A stretch of 64,000 nt of DNA from an uncultured Thermoplasmata archaeon (lineage in GTDB: Archaea > Thermoplasmatota > Thermoplasmata > RBG-16-68-12). A program made the position numbers and the translations under genes. The notes beneath the pieces were generated by a model. The model saw nothing but the letters and a program-made list of their open reading frames with translations, was not told the origin of the DNA and searched no databases. The stretch's first letter is position 1. Each line of letters starts with the position of its first letter. Of the stretch, positions 28,182-40,100 are shown in pieces. The stretch is taken from contig CAVYJM010000006.1 of the NCBI GenBank assembly GCA_963768855.1, forward strand, positions 192,001-256,000, read 5' to 3'.

Positions 28182-31100
28182 TCAGGACTTCGCTTCGACG
28201 CCGAGCTGCGCCGCGAGGACTTTCAACTCTTCTTCCTTCTTCCGGAGTTTCTCCTCGCGGTCCAGGAGATCGAGAGCCTTCTTCTGGATGATCTTCACGC
28301 GGTTCTCGATGTCGCGTTTCCATTCGTCCATGTCGATCGTGCTCTTGCCCGCCTTCTCGGCCTCGACCAGCTTCGCCCTGAGCTTGTCGTTCTCCTGCTT
28401 CGCCTTCTCGATGCGCGCGGTCAGCTCTTCCTTCTCCGAATCCATGGCGCGGTCCTTCTGGTCGAGGATCTGGGCCCGGGATTCCAGGAGGTGGCTCTGC
28501 TCGTCGACCTTGACCTCGCGTCCGCGGAGCTTCTCCTCGCGGTCGAGGACATCGAGCGCCTTCTTCTGGAGGAATCGCATGTTCTTCGCGACCTCGGCCT
28601 GCATGGCGTCCGCCTGGGTTTTGAGCTTCTCGGCGTCGGTCCGGATGCCCTCGGCGTCCTTTCGGGCCTCCGAGGCCACGCGGTGGTCCTCGTCGACCTG
28701 CGCGGCCCGGGCCTCGTGCTCGCGGCGCAGACGCTCGAGGGTCTGCATCCCTTCCCGGAGTTCGGCGTCCCGCTGCGAGAGCGTCGCCTCGCGCTTCGCG
28801 AGTTCCTGATCCCGGCCGGTGACCCCCTTCTCGCGCGTGACGAGCTCCGCCTCCTTGCGGTTCAGGTCCTCCATGAGGTTGTCCGCGCGCTGGAGCTCGG
28901 TGGACAGGACCTGCTCCCGCGTCGTCACGTCCACGAGCTTGGCCTCCACCGCGGCGTGACGGCTCTCGTCTTCCGCCTGGCGCTTGTCCAGCTGGGCGGC
29001 CAAGGCACCGATCCGCTCGGCCTCCTGGTCTAGGGCCGTCTTGCGTCCCTTGAGGCTTTCCGTGGTCTCGAGCGTCTTCTTCTCCGCGTCGCTCAGGCGG
29101 GCCTGGAGGGCCCCAAGCTCCTTCGCTCGGGAACCGAGCTCGATCTCCTGCTCGCCGAGCCGCTGGGCCGCGTCGCGGAGCTGCGCGTTTTGGGCCTCGA
29201 GGTCCTTCTCCGCCTTCTCAGCGTCCGCACGCCTCCGCTCGATGACCGTCTGGGCCGCGGCGAGCTCATCGCCCTGCCGCTTCGCGGCCTTCTCCGCCTC
29301 GGCTGCGACGTACGCGCGCCGCTGCGCTTCCTCGATGAGCCGCTCGGCTTGCTGGGTCTGTTCTCCGGCCGCGTCCCGCGTGGCCTCCAGCTGTTTCAGC
29401 TCCTCATTCCGGCGCGCGGACCATCCGGCCTTCTCGGACTCGAAGGTCTGGCGGGTCTTCAGGAGCTCGTCCTCCATCGCTTTCAGCTCGCCGAAGCGCT
29501 TGTCGGCGCGGGCCGCGGATGCATCGATCTCGGCCTGCTTCGCGCTCTGTCCCTTCGCCTGGTCCTCGAGCCGCGTCCGCTCGATCTGCGCCTGGGTGAG
29601 GGTCGCGTTCACGCTGCGTTCCCTCTGCTCGAGGTCCTCCATGCGCTTCCGAATCTCGGTCTGGCGGGTCTCCGTGCTGGCGGCGAGTTGGGCCTCTTGG
29701 GACTTCAGTGTAGCCTGGAGGTCCTTCCATTCTTGCTGACGCGCGATGGCCTCGGCTTCGAACTTCTGGACCGTCTCGTCGAACTGAGTCCGGCGAGCGT
29801 TTTGCTCTTGCTCGCCATGGGCCAGGGCCTGCTCTCGGGCGGCGATCTCGGCGGCCCGGGCCTCCGCCTGCCGCTCGCGGGACTCGATCTCGCGGATGCG
29901 GGTCTCGAGGTCCTGCTCCTCGGACCGCAGTTCCTCCTCCCGGGCCGCGAGGGATTTCTCGCGAGCGGCCATCTCCTTGGCCTTCCCGCCCAGCTTTTCC
30001 TGGAGGGCGCTGGATTCCCGCTCGAGGCGCTCCCTCTCCGACAGGAGGTCGGCCTCCTTGGCGGCTAGGGATTGCCGGACCGCATCCGTCTCGTTGCGGA
30101 GCCGGAGGGATTCGGCATCGAGGCGCTCGCGCGTCTGCCCAAGCTCGAGTTGCCTCGCCTCGACCTGCTTCTCCATCGCCTGGTAATCGATCTTCTCCCG
30201 GGCGAGCCGGTCCTCGTCCGCCCGGAGGGCGGACTGCTGGCTCACGAGCGCCGCCTCGCGCGACACGAGATCCGCCTCGTGGACATCCAGTTCCCCCTTC
30301 CGCTGCAAGAGCTCCGCCTCGCGATCCTTGACCTTCTGGGTCTGGGTCGCAAGCTCGCGCTCGGACTGGGCCTTCCGGCCTGCGAGCTCCGCCTCCTGGG
30401 TCTGGAGGGTCTCCACGCGCTTCTCGAGGTCGACGGCTTGGTTCGCCGCCTCCTCGCGGAGGCTGCGTTCGCGGGACTCGATTTCGAGGGAGCGTTGCTC
30501 GAGGTCCGTCTGAAGCCGTTCTCCCTCCGCCTTCAGCGCGCTGGCGGCTCGCAGTCCCTCCGTGGCGAGCTTCTCACGCTTCACGATCTCGGTCTCGTTC
30601 CGCGCGACCCACTCGACGTCCGCCTGGACTTTCGTCTCGCGTTCCCCAAGCTCCTCTTCGCGCTGCTCCACCCGGATCATGCGGCCGGCCCAGGACTCGC
30701 GGAGGTCCTGCATCTCCTTCTCGAAGGTCTCTCTCTGCTCCTTGAGCAAGGCCTGCTCGGATTCGATCGTGGCCTGCCAGGTGCGGAGCTCCTCGGCCTT
30801 TCGGGCCTCCTCGTCCCGGAACTTCGCGGTCTTCCCTTCGAAGTCACGGGTCATCGCGCCGAGCTCGGCCTTGCGGGTCTCGACCTCGGCGCGCGCCTTC
30901 TCCAGCTTGTCCGCCTCGATCTCCAGCGTCTCTTCTCGGGCTGCGAGCTCGGAGAGCCGACGAGCGTTCTCCTCGGCCTGGCCTCGGATTTCAGCTTCAC
31001 GATCGGCCTGGCCCTGCTCCTTGGCCTCCAGCTCGATTTCCTTGGAAGCGATCCACTGGCTCTTCTCGAGCCTCAGGGCCTCGAACGTTTCATTGTCCTT

Positions 31101-34100
31101 TGTGAGTCGCATCCGCGCCTCGCCGAGCGTGCGCTCTTGGCTCGCGGTCTGCGCTTCGCGCTTTTGCATTTCCTGCGCGAACTCGGCCTTCTTCGCCTCG
31201 AGCTCCTGATGTTCCGCATCGAAGGCGCCCCTGGCGTCCTGGAGGAGCATCTTCTCCTGCGCGAGCGCGGTCTCGCGTTCCTTCAGCTGCTCCATCTGTT
31301 GCTCGATCTCCAGCGCTTTGGCAGCCACGAGGTCCTGCTGGCCTTGGGACACGTTGCGTTCCTCCGCGAGCGCCTTCTCGCGCGCCGCGAGATCGTCCTC
31401 CTTTTGGACGAGGGCAGCCTCGCGCGGACCGAGATTCTCCTTCAGGCTGGTCAGATCCTGAGTTTTCTTCGTGACGTCCGCCTCTTGCTCCGCGAGCGCG
31501 GCCGTCTTCGCGTCGAGAGCCTTGCGCTCCTCGACAGCCTCCAGCGTCAGGTCGTCCAGCGCCTTGCGCTCGTCTGCGAGGTCCTGCGCACGGGTGGCGA
31601 GCGCCACCTCCCGCGAGTGGAGATCCTCGAGCTGGGCGCGGATTTCCTTCTCCCGCGTCGACACGACGTCCTCCCTCAGGGCGAGGGCTGAGTCACGGGA
31701 TGAGAGTTCAGCCTCGCGTGCCGCGAGGCTCTGCTCGCGCGGTTCGAGGTCGGATAGCTTCGCCTGCAGGGTCCGCGCGGCATCCGCGTTTTCCTTCTCG
31801 CGTGCCTCGACCGCCGACATCGTCGCCTTGAGGCTCTCCTCTTCCTGATCGATCTGAACGCTGAGGTCGTCGAGCGATTTGCGTTCCTCGGCGAGTTCGG
31901 CTTGCAGGGCGTCGATCTGGTCGGCCTTTGTGCGGTAGTCTTCGAGGTCCGCGGTCAGCTTTGTCTGCGCCGCAGCAAGGGACTGATCCTTGTCCGCGAG
32001 ATCAGCTTCCCTCTTCGAGGCTTCCTCGAGGCGACCCGTCAGTTCCTTCTCCTTCGGCGCGAGGCTCGTCTCGCGCTCCCGGAGTCCTTGCTCGGTCTCC
32101 TGGAGTTCGCTTCGCTGGGATTCGAGGTCCGCTGCGGTGCTATCGAGCTCCGCCTGCCTCGTTTCCATGTGGGCCGCCTGCTCCTCGAGGGTGGCTCGCA
32201 CTTCCGCGAGATTCCCTTCCCTCTCCCGGAGATCTGTGTCCAGGCGGCGGAGCTTCACGGCATCCGCGTCCATCTTGGTTCGGGCGATGGTGAAGGCGTT
32301 GACCATGTCTCCGAAGACGCGGGCACGGGCCTGAAGGTCCGCACGCGACTCGTTCGCGTCGGCGCGGTCGTTCTCCAGGGTCGTCTCCTCGGCGCGGGCC
32401 TCCTCGACGCGTTGCTTGACGCGGTCCTCGAGCTTGTCCTGGATGCTGACAAGGAGTCCTCGGGCGAACTCGACCTCTCCGACGTCGGCGGGTCCGACCG
32501 CGAGCATGATCAGGGAGAGCATGTCCCCCCGGACGGCGCGCGCATGGTACTTCGACACGCGGACGTCCTTCTCCACGGCGTTGAGGGCTCCCGCCTGGAG
32601 GGCCTGGTCATACGTGACCTCACAGGAGGGATCCAGGGTGAATTCCCTGAGCAGCTGTCCGCGTTCGTCCACGAGGAAGGCCTTCGTTGGCCTCCAGCGT
32701 CGTCGTTGTACAAACATGGCTACCACCATGAGCAAGCCGATGGGGGGAATGGCAAGGAAGTAGGGAGACTGCCACCACGGGGGAATGGGCGGGGCCGAGA
32801 CGGTCACCCGGACGTCCGGGTCCGAGCCGGTCATTGTGAAGACGATGTCGCCCGAGTCGTTGACCGTCCCGTCCGCGAAGTCGGAACTGTCCTTCGTCAC
32901 GTGGTACAGGAATCGCGAGGTGTTCCCGCCGATGGTCCACGTGATCGTCTGGGACGTTTCGCTGGACGTGTGCGTCCAGGCGTATTCGGAACCGGGGTTC
33001 CACGAAGTGAAGGCGGAGATCGTGACGAGGGCCGTTGTATCGCTGTTCGTGACCGTGAGTCCGGTGACGTTCACGGTCCCATACGCGATGGTTCCGTTCA
33101 CGGTCAGGCTGTTGAACGCGATGCGGTAGCCGGTCATGGTCAAGATGCCCGAGGCGTTCACGATCAGGCTCATGGCCGTCACTGCGGATGCGAGGGTGAT
33201 GGCCCCCGCGATCGTCAGGGTCGCGAATTGCTGGCCGGCGCCGAGCGTGATGGTCGTGCCGGCGCCGGTGAAGGTCGCGGACGAGCCGGTGGAGGTGAAG
33301 GCCGTCGCGGAGGAGGTGCCCCAGGAGCCTCCGACGGAGATCGTCGCGGAGGCGAAACTGAGGGCCGCGGCGCCGGATGAGGTCAGGTTGTCCTGGAACG
33401 CGACCGTGGCGCCGGTGAGGTTCAGGACCGAGGACCACGTGATGTTCGAGGTGAAGGTCGTCGTAATGCCCGGGTTCACCGTCAGGCTGTTCAGGGGTTG
33501 CGGAACCCGGATCGTCCCGCCGGACGCGTTGACCACGATGACGGAGCTGCCCGCGGTGAAGGCGCCTGCCGAGGTGTCCATCGCCCGGATCGTGAGGACG
33601 CTTCCGTTGGCGAGGAGCGCCCCGCCCGCCCGGACCGCCAAGGTGTCCGCGGTGATTGGGAGGTCCGAGCCTGCGGTGGTCACGGTGGTGGTCCCCGAGC
33701 CGCCTTGGACCGTGAGGGTGTGAACCTGCAAGGCGGAGCCTGTCAGGGTGAAGACGACGGTCGAGGCGCCGCCGTTGAACACGACCGCGTTGAACTCGGG
33801 ACCCGCGAGATTAGTCCCGGCGAAGGTCATCGTCTGGGACGAGGCCGTGTCGAACGTCACGCTTCCTGTACCCGCGGACCACGACGCCGAGGTCGAGCCG
33901 TTCGTCCAGCTTCCCGAGACCGTCCAGGCCTCGGAGCCGAAGGCGATGTACGAGGTGGCCGCGGAGATGTCGACGTTGCCCGTGATTGTGACGTCTCCGG
34001 ACGCGGAGGTCAGGTACCCCCCGGCGAGGGTCAGGTCGCCGTCCACCGTCAGGGGGTTGCTGCCCTTCGCAAGGCCGCCCACAGAGAGCGTCAGGGACGT

Positions 34101-37100
34101 CGCCGAGAGTTGCGTCGTCTGGGTGTACGCCCCGGAAAGATTCAGGGTCGCGAAGCTCTGCGCCGCTCCCAATGCGATCGTGCCCGAGGGGGCCGTGAGA
34201 GTCACCGTGGAGGTCCCGGAGCTGAAGGTGGACGCAGGCCCGGAGGTGTCCCAGGATCCCGAGACCGTGATGGATCCCGTCGTCAGGGACAACATGTCTG
34301 CCGCGGCGTCGTTCATGGTCACGGCGGACACGGAGATCGACGCGGTTGTCCCGATGAAGGCTCCGCCTCCGGAAATGACGAGGCTCGCTCCGCCTGTGAC
34401 GTTGTTGCCCGCCGTCGTCAAGGTCCCCGTGATGGCCAGGGAGCTGCTCACATCGATCGCACTGGCCTGTGTGACCGTGCCCGAGATCGTGAGGCTGTAG
34501 AAGCCGTCGGTGGGATCCAGGATCGTCAACGTGCGCGCCGTTCCCGACATGGTCACCGCGCCGGTGCCCTTCGTGAACGTCGAGCCGGATCCGGAGGTGT
34601 CCCAGTTGCCGCTCACCGTCCACGAGCCGGTCGTCATCGTGATTCTTCCGGAGACGCCCCCGGTCATCGTGACGTCGGCGACGGCAACGGCCGAGGCGTC
34701 TGCGGTCAGGATCCCGGAATTGCCGACCGTCAGGGAGCCTCCCGCGAGAGCGAGGTCCGCGGTCGCCAGGGTCGTGATCGAGCCCGCCGGATCTTGGATC
34801 GTCAGGGTGCCGCTCCACTTCAGGGAGTTGGCGCCGATTGTGAACGTGACCGCGCCGCTGACCGCGGTCGAGGCGAACGTGACGTTGTTGAACTCCTTGC
34901 CGCTGAAGCCCCCTAGGCTCATCGTCTGGGGCGTCGCGGAATTGAACACGACGGTCCCCGTGCCCGCACCCCAGTTCGCCGAGGTGCTGCCGTTGGACCA
35001 GGAACCGCTGAACGTCCACGTCCCGCTGCCCATCCGGAAGTAGGCCGTGGCGCTCGTGATCGAGGTGTTCCCTCCGATGCTCACCAGGGAGGCGGCCCCG
35101 GAACCGTCGAGGACCGCCGTGTCCGAGACGGTCAGGTTGCCCGTGACCGTGAGCCCGGCGCCGGCGGACGTTCCCACGGTGAGGTTCCCGCCCGCCAGCG
35201 TGAGGTTCCCGCCGACCGTGAAGTTGAATGTGCCGACCGCGATCGTTCCCGCCCATCCCGTGGTGCTCAGGGAGGCCATCGTGGCGTTCTGGTCGACCGT
35301 GACCGTACCGCCTCCGGAGTTCGCATCGAAGAAGGTCGCGCTCGCTCCGCCTGGAGCCGGGCAGCCTCCTGCGCCTCCCGAGGTGGCGGACCAGTGCGCC
35401 GAGTCGGACCAGTTGCCCGCGCCGCCGACCCAGTAGCGGGTTCCGCCGCATGGCGCGGCGATGATCACGTCGACCACGGGGTCGGACCCGAGCATGGTGA
35501 AGACCACCTGGCCCGAGCCATCCACCATGCCCGTCGTGAACGCCGTGCCATCCTTCGTGACGTTGAAGCGGTACCCGCTCGTGTTCCCGCCGATTGTAAA
35601 GGTGAGCGTCGACGTCCCGACGGTCGAGGCGTCCGTCCATCGGAACTCGCCGTCCAGAACCCACACGGAGAAGACGCTGACCGTCGTGAGATTGGTCGGA
35701 TCACTGTTCGTGATCGTCAGGTTGACCACGGTGACGACGCCGTCCACAATGCTCCCGGTCCCGGTCTCCGCGAGCCCGTTGAAGGTGAGGTTCTGTCCCG
35801 TCTTCGTCAGAACGGCCCCGTCTGTGATGCTCAGCGTCGCGAGGGCGGTCACGGTGGAACCAAGAGACGCCGTCCCACCGATCGTGAGATCATAGAACGC
35901 CTGCCCCGCCGCGAGGCGGATGGTCGCGGAGGTCCCGAGGAACGTCACCGTGGAGGTTCCGGCGGAGAAGGCCGAGCCGGCGCCCGAGGTGTCCCAGCTA
36001 CCGCCCACGCTCCATGACCCGGTGGTCACCGCGATCGTTCCGGAGGTTCCTCCGATCATCGACACGGCCGTGACGCTGACCGCCGACGCGTTTGAGGTCA
36101 GGATGCCTCCGTTGCCGAGGCTTATCATCCCGCCCGTCAATCCGAGATCGTTCGTGGCGAGGGTCGTGGTCCCGCTTCCTCCCACGATCGTGAAGATTTC
36201 CGCCCACACCACGCCGTTGCCGGCCATGGTGAACGTGACGGTGGAGGCGCCGCTGCTGAAGGTGAGGTTGTAGAACTCGGCTGCACCCCCGGGAAGTGAC
36301 GCGAACCGCATCGTCTGGGACGATGCCGAGGTGAAGGTCACCGTGGCTGTCCCCGCAGACCAGCTGGCGGAGGTCGAGTTGTTCGTCCACGATCCGCTCA
36401 CGGTCCACGTCTCCGATCCGAAGGCGATGTACGAGGATGCGGCGGAGACGGTCACGTTCCCCGCGATGCTGACCGCCCCGGACACGGACGTCAGCGCGCC
36501 TCCGGACAGGATGAGCCCGGCATTCGCGGTCAAAGCGTTCGCACCCTTCACGAACGTTCCGCCGGACAGGGTGAGCAGCCCGTTCGTGGTGAGCGGGCCC
36601 AGGAGGGTCCGCGTGCCCCCGCTGATCGTGACGGCGGCGAGGGCGGCACCCGCCCCGAGGTTGAGGCTGCCGGTGCTCGAGAACGTCACCGAGGAGCCCG
36701 TCCCGGTGAAGCCGGTCGCGGAGGATGTGTCCCAGCTGCCGGTGCTCATCGTGATGGTCGCGGACGCAAAGGTGAGGGTCGCGGCCCCGCTGGAGGTGAG
36801 GTCATTCGTCCCGAAGCTGATGATCGCGCTCGTCAGGGTGAGGGTCCCGCTCCATGCGAGCGGACCGCTAAACGTGGTGGAGATGCCCGGATTGACTGTG
36901 AGGTTGTTGGCGGTCTGCGTGAGGTTGATCGTCCCGCCCGAGGCGATCACGACCACGGTCGATGTACCGACATCGAACGTTCCCAGGTGGGTGTCGATGG
37001 AGGTGACGGTGATCGTGCACCCGTTCGCGGTCAGGGCCCCCGTGCTCGCGAGGACAAGTGCGACGGCCGCAATCGGGAGATTGGATCCGGAGGTGCTCAG

Positions 37101-40100
37101 GATCGTGTTCCCCGTCGGGCTCGCCGTGGAGTTCTGCACGGTGAGGGTGCCGCCCGCCCGGAGTCCGTTGGTCGCCAGGGTGTACGTGACACCGCCCGCC
37201 ACGCTCGCGTCGAATGTGACATTGCCGGCGAACTCCAGCGGCAGGTTCCCGAACGTCATCGTCTGAGATGTGTTGGATCGGAACGTGATCGAGGCCCCGA
37301 AGCTCCACGATGCCGACGTCGAGGAATCCGTCCAGGTGCCGTTCGTGACCGTCCAGGACCCGGCAGGCGACGAGGTGACGTATCCCGACCCGTTGTTCAC
37401 GGTGACGTTGCCCGTCACGATGACGAGGGATGCGTTCGACTTGAGGATTCCCGCGGCTCCGCTCACCGTGAGGCCCGCGCCGGCCGTGAGGGAGTAGTTC
37501 GCGGCGGTCGTGTCGAGCGTGCCGACGACGGTCAGCAGTCCGTTCGCGGTGAACTGGCTGCCGAGCGAATAGCTGCCCGATACGGTGACCGTCGAGAAGC
37601 TTTGCGAAGCCGCAGCCGTTACGGTCTTTCCTGCACCGGTGAAGGAGACGGTCGAGCCCGTTGACGTGAATGCAGTTACCGTGGACGTGTTCCAGTTGCC
37701 CGCGATGTTGACCGTTGCGTTGCTGATCGCGAGCGTCGCGGGACCCGAGGACGTGAGGTCGGAGTTGAACGTCGAGGTGGCCCCGGTGAGGGTCAGGACG
37801 CCCGACCAGCTGATCGCCGACGTGAACGTCGTGCTGACGCCTGGGCTCACGGTCAGGCCGCTCAACGTCTGCGGGACGTTGACCGTCCCGCCGGAGCCAC
37901 CGACGACGAGGGTGGACGTCCCCGGCGCAAAAGTCCCCAAGTGCGTGTCGATGGACGTGATGGTGATTGTGGACCCGTTGGCCGTGAGCGCCCCGCCCGC
38001 AACGACATTGAGCGCGGTGGCGCTGATGGCAAGGTTGGAAACGCTCGTGTTCAAGGTGGTGACCGAGGCGCCGCCGCCGAGGGTGAGCGTTCCGGCGATC
38101 GTCATTCCCCTTGCGGCCAGGGTGAAGGTGACCGCTGACGGCCCCGAGTTGAACGTCACGTTGTTGAGCTCGTTCCCGCTGAGGTTGGAGCCCGCGAACG
38201 TCATCGTCTGGGCCGATGCCGCGTTGAACAGGACCGTCCCGCCTCCGGGATTCCACGACGCCGAAGTGCTGGCGTTCGTCCAAGTCCCCGCAATCGTCCA
38301 GGACTCGGACCCGAAGGAGATGTACGAGGCGGGGGACGAGATGTTCACGTTGCCCGTCACCGTCACGCTCCCCGAGGAGGACGTGATGGCCCCGCCTCCG
38401 AGGGTCACGTTGCCGTTGATGGTGAGGACGTTCGTCCCCTTCGCGAGCGTCCCTCCATTCACGTTCAACGCGGCGGCGGTGATCGCGCTTCCAGCGGTCG
38501 CCGTGCCCGCGGAGATCGTCAGGATGTTGAATGCCTGGGCGCCGCCGAGCGTGATCGTCCCAGAGGCCGCGAAGCTGACCGTAGAGGTGTTCGGGTTGAA
38601 CGCCGCCCCTGCGGCGGTCGACGTCCAGTTGCCGTATACCGTAATGACACTCCCGTTGGCGGTCAACGTGCCGTTCGTCCCGAGGGTGAGGCTTCCGGCG
38701 GTGATGGTCAACGCGGCTCCGGAGGTGTTGAGGACCGTGTTGGCCGTCGGCGTTGCATTGGAGTTGAGAATCAGGAGCGCGCCGGCGATTCTCAGACCGT
38801 TCGTCACCATCGTGTACGCGACGCCGGCTGCAGCCGCGCTATCGAGGGTGAGGTTGTTGAACTCGTTCCCAGCCAGGTTGGTCCCGGCGAAGGTCATCGT
38901 CGCCGCGGAGGCGTCATTGAAGAGGATCGTTCCCGTCCCCGCTGACCAGGAAGCGGACGTGCTCAGGTTAGCCCACGAGCCGCCGATCGTCCAGGTCTCC
39001 GAGCCGAAGGCGATGTACGAGGCGGGGGAGGAGATGCTGACGTTTCCCGTGACGGTCCCAGACCCGGATGTGGAGGTCAGTGCTCCCCCGGACAGGGTGA
39101 GGGCGCCCGCAGCCAAGGTGAAGGTCCCCTTCGCAAGGAGGCCGGCCGACACGGTCAGGGTCGCCGTCACGGTGGTGTTGGCGGCGAGCGTCGCGGTCCC
39201 GGCCGACACGGTCAGGTTGTTGAAGGCCTGGGTCATGTTGATGGCCGCGGCGGCGGTGAAAGCGACCGTACTCGTCGCGGCGGTGAACGTGGCGTTCGCC
39301 GCGGTCACCGTCCAGTTGCCGCCGACGCTGATCGTGGATCCATTTGCCCGTAGCGTCCCGTTCGTCCCGATCGTCACGGATCCTGCGGCGATGCCCAGGT
39401 CGGCGCCCGAGGTGTCGAGGATCGTGTTCCCCGTGGGACCGACGACCGAATTGCGGATGGACAGGAGTCCGGACAGGGTGAGGCCGTTCCCGGCCATCGT
39501 GTAGGTGACGCCCGCGACCGCCGTCGTGTCGAAGGTGACTGCGCCTCCGATCCGTCCCGCTCACCTTGAACGTCATCGTCTGGCTGCTCGCGCTGCGGAA
39601 CGTGATGGGGGCGGGGAACGACCAAGAGGCCGAGGTCGTAGCGTTGGTCCACGAGCCGGTGACGGTCCACGCCCCGGCCCCCGTGCTGGTGATGTACCCG
39701 CTCGCGGCGACGCTCACGTTCCCATTCGCAGCGACGGCCGCGCCCCTCGAGGTGTAGGCTCCCAGGGCTCCGAGGCTCAGGCCGCCCAGAGTGGAACCGT
39801 AGTTCGTGGCGGTTGCGTCCAAGGCAACCACGCCGGTCGCGCCCGCTGCGGTGTTCCGAACCGTCAGGGTCCCGGCCGCCTGGAGCGCGTTGACCTGGGC
39901 ATAGGTGAAGCCGCCGACGACCGAGGAGTCGAGGACGAGGTTGTTGAACTCGCTCCCCGTCGCGGTCCAGAAGGTGAGCGTGGTGGCTCCGGAATCCACG
40001 ATCCGCACGGTTGACGAGGAGACGGACCAGCTGGCGGGGACTGAGATGTTGCTGTTCGTCCACGATCCGTTGATCGTCCAGGTCCCGGCTCCCGTGAACC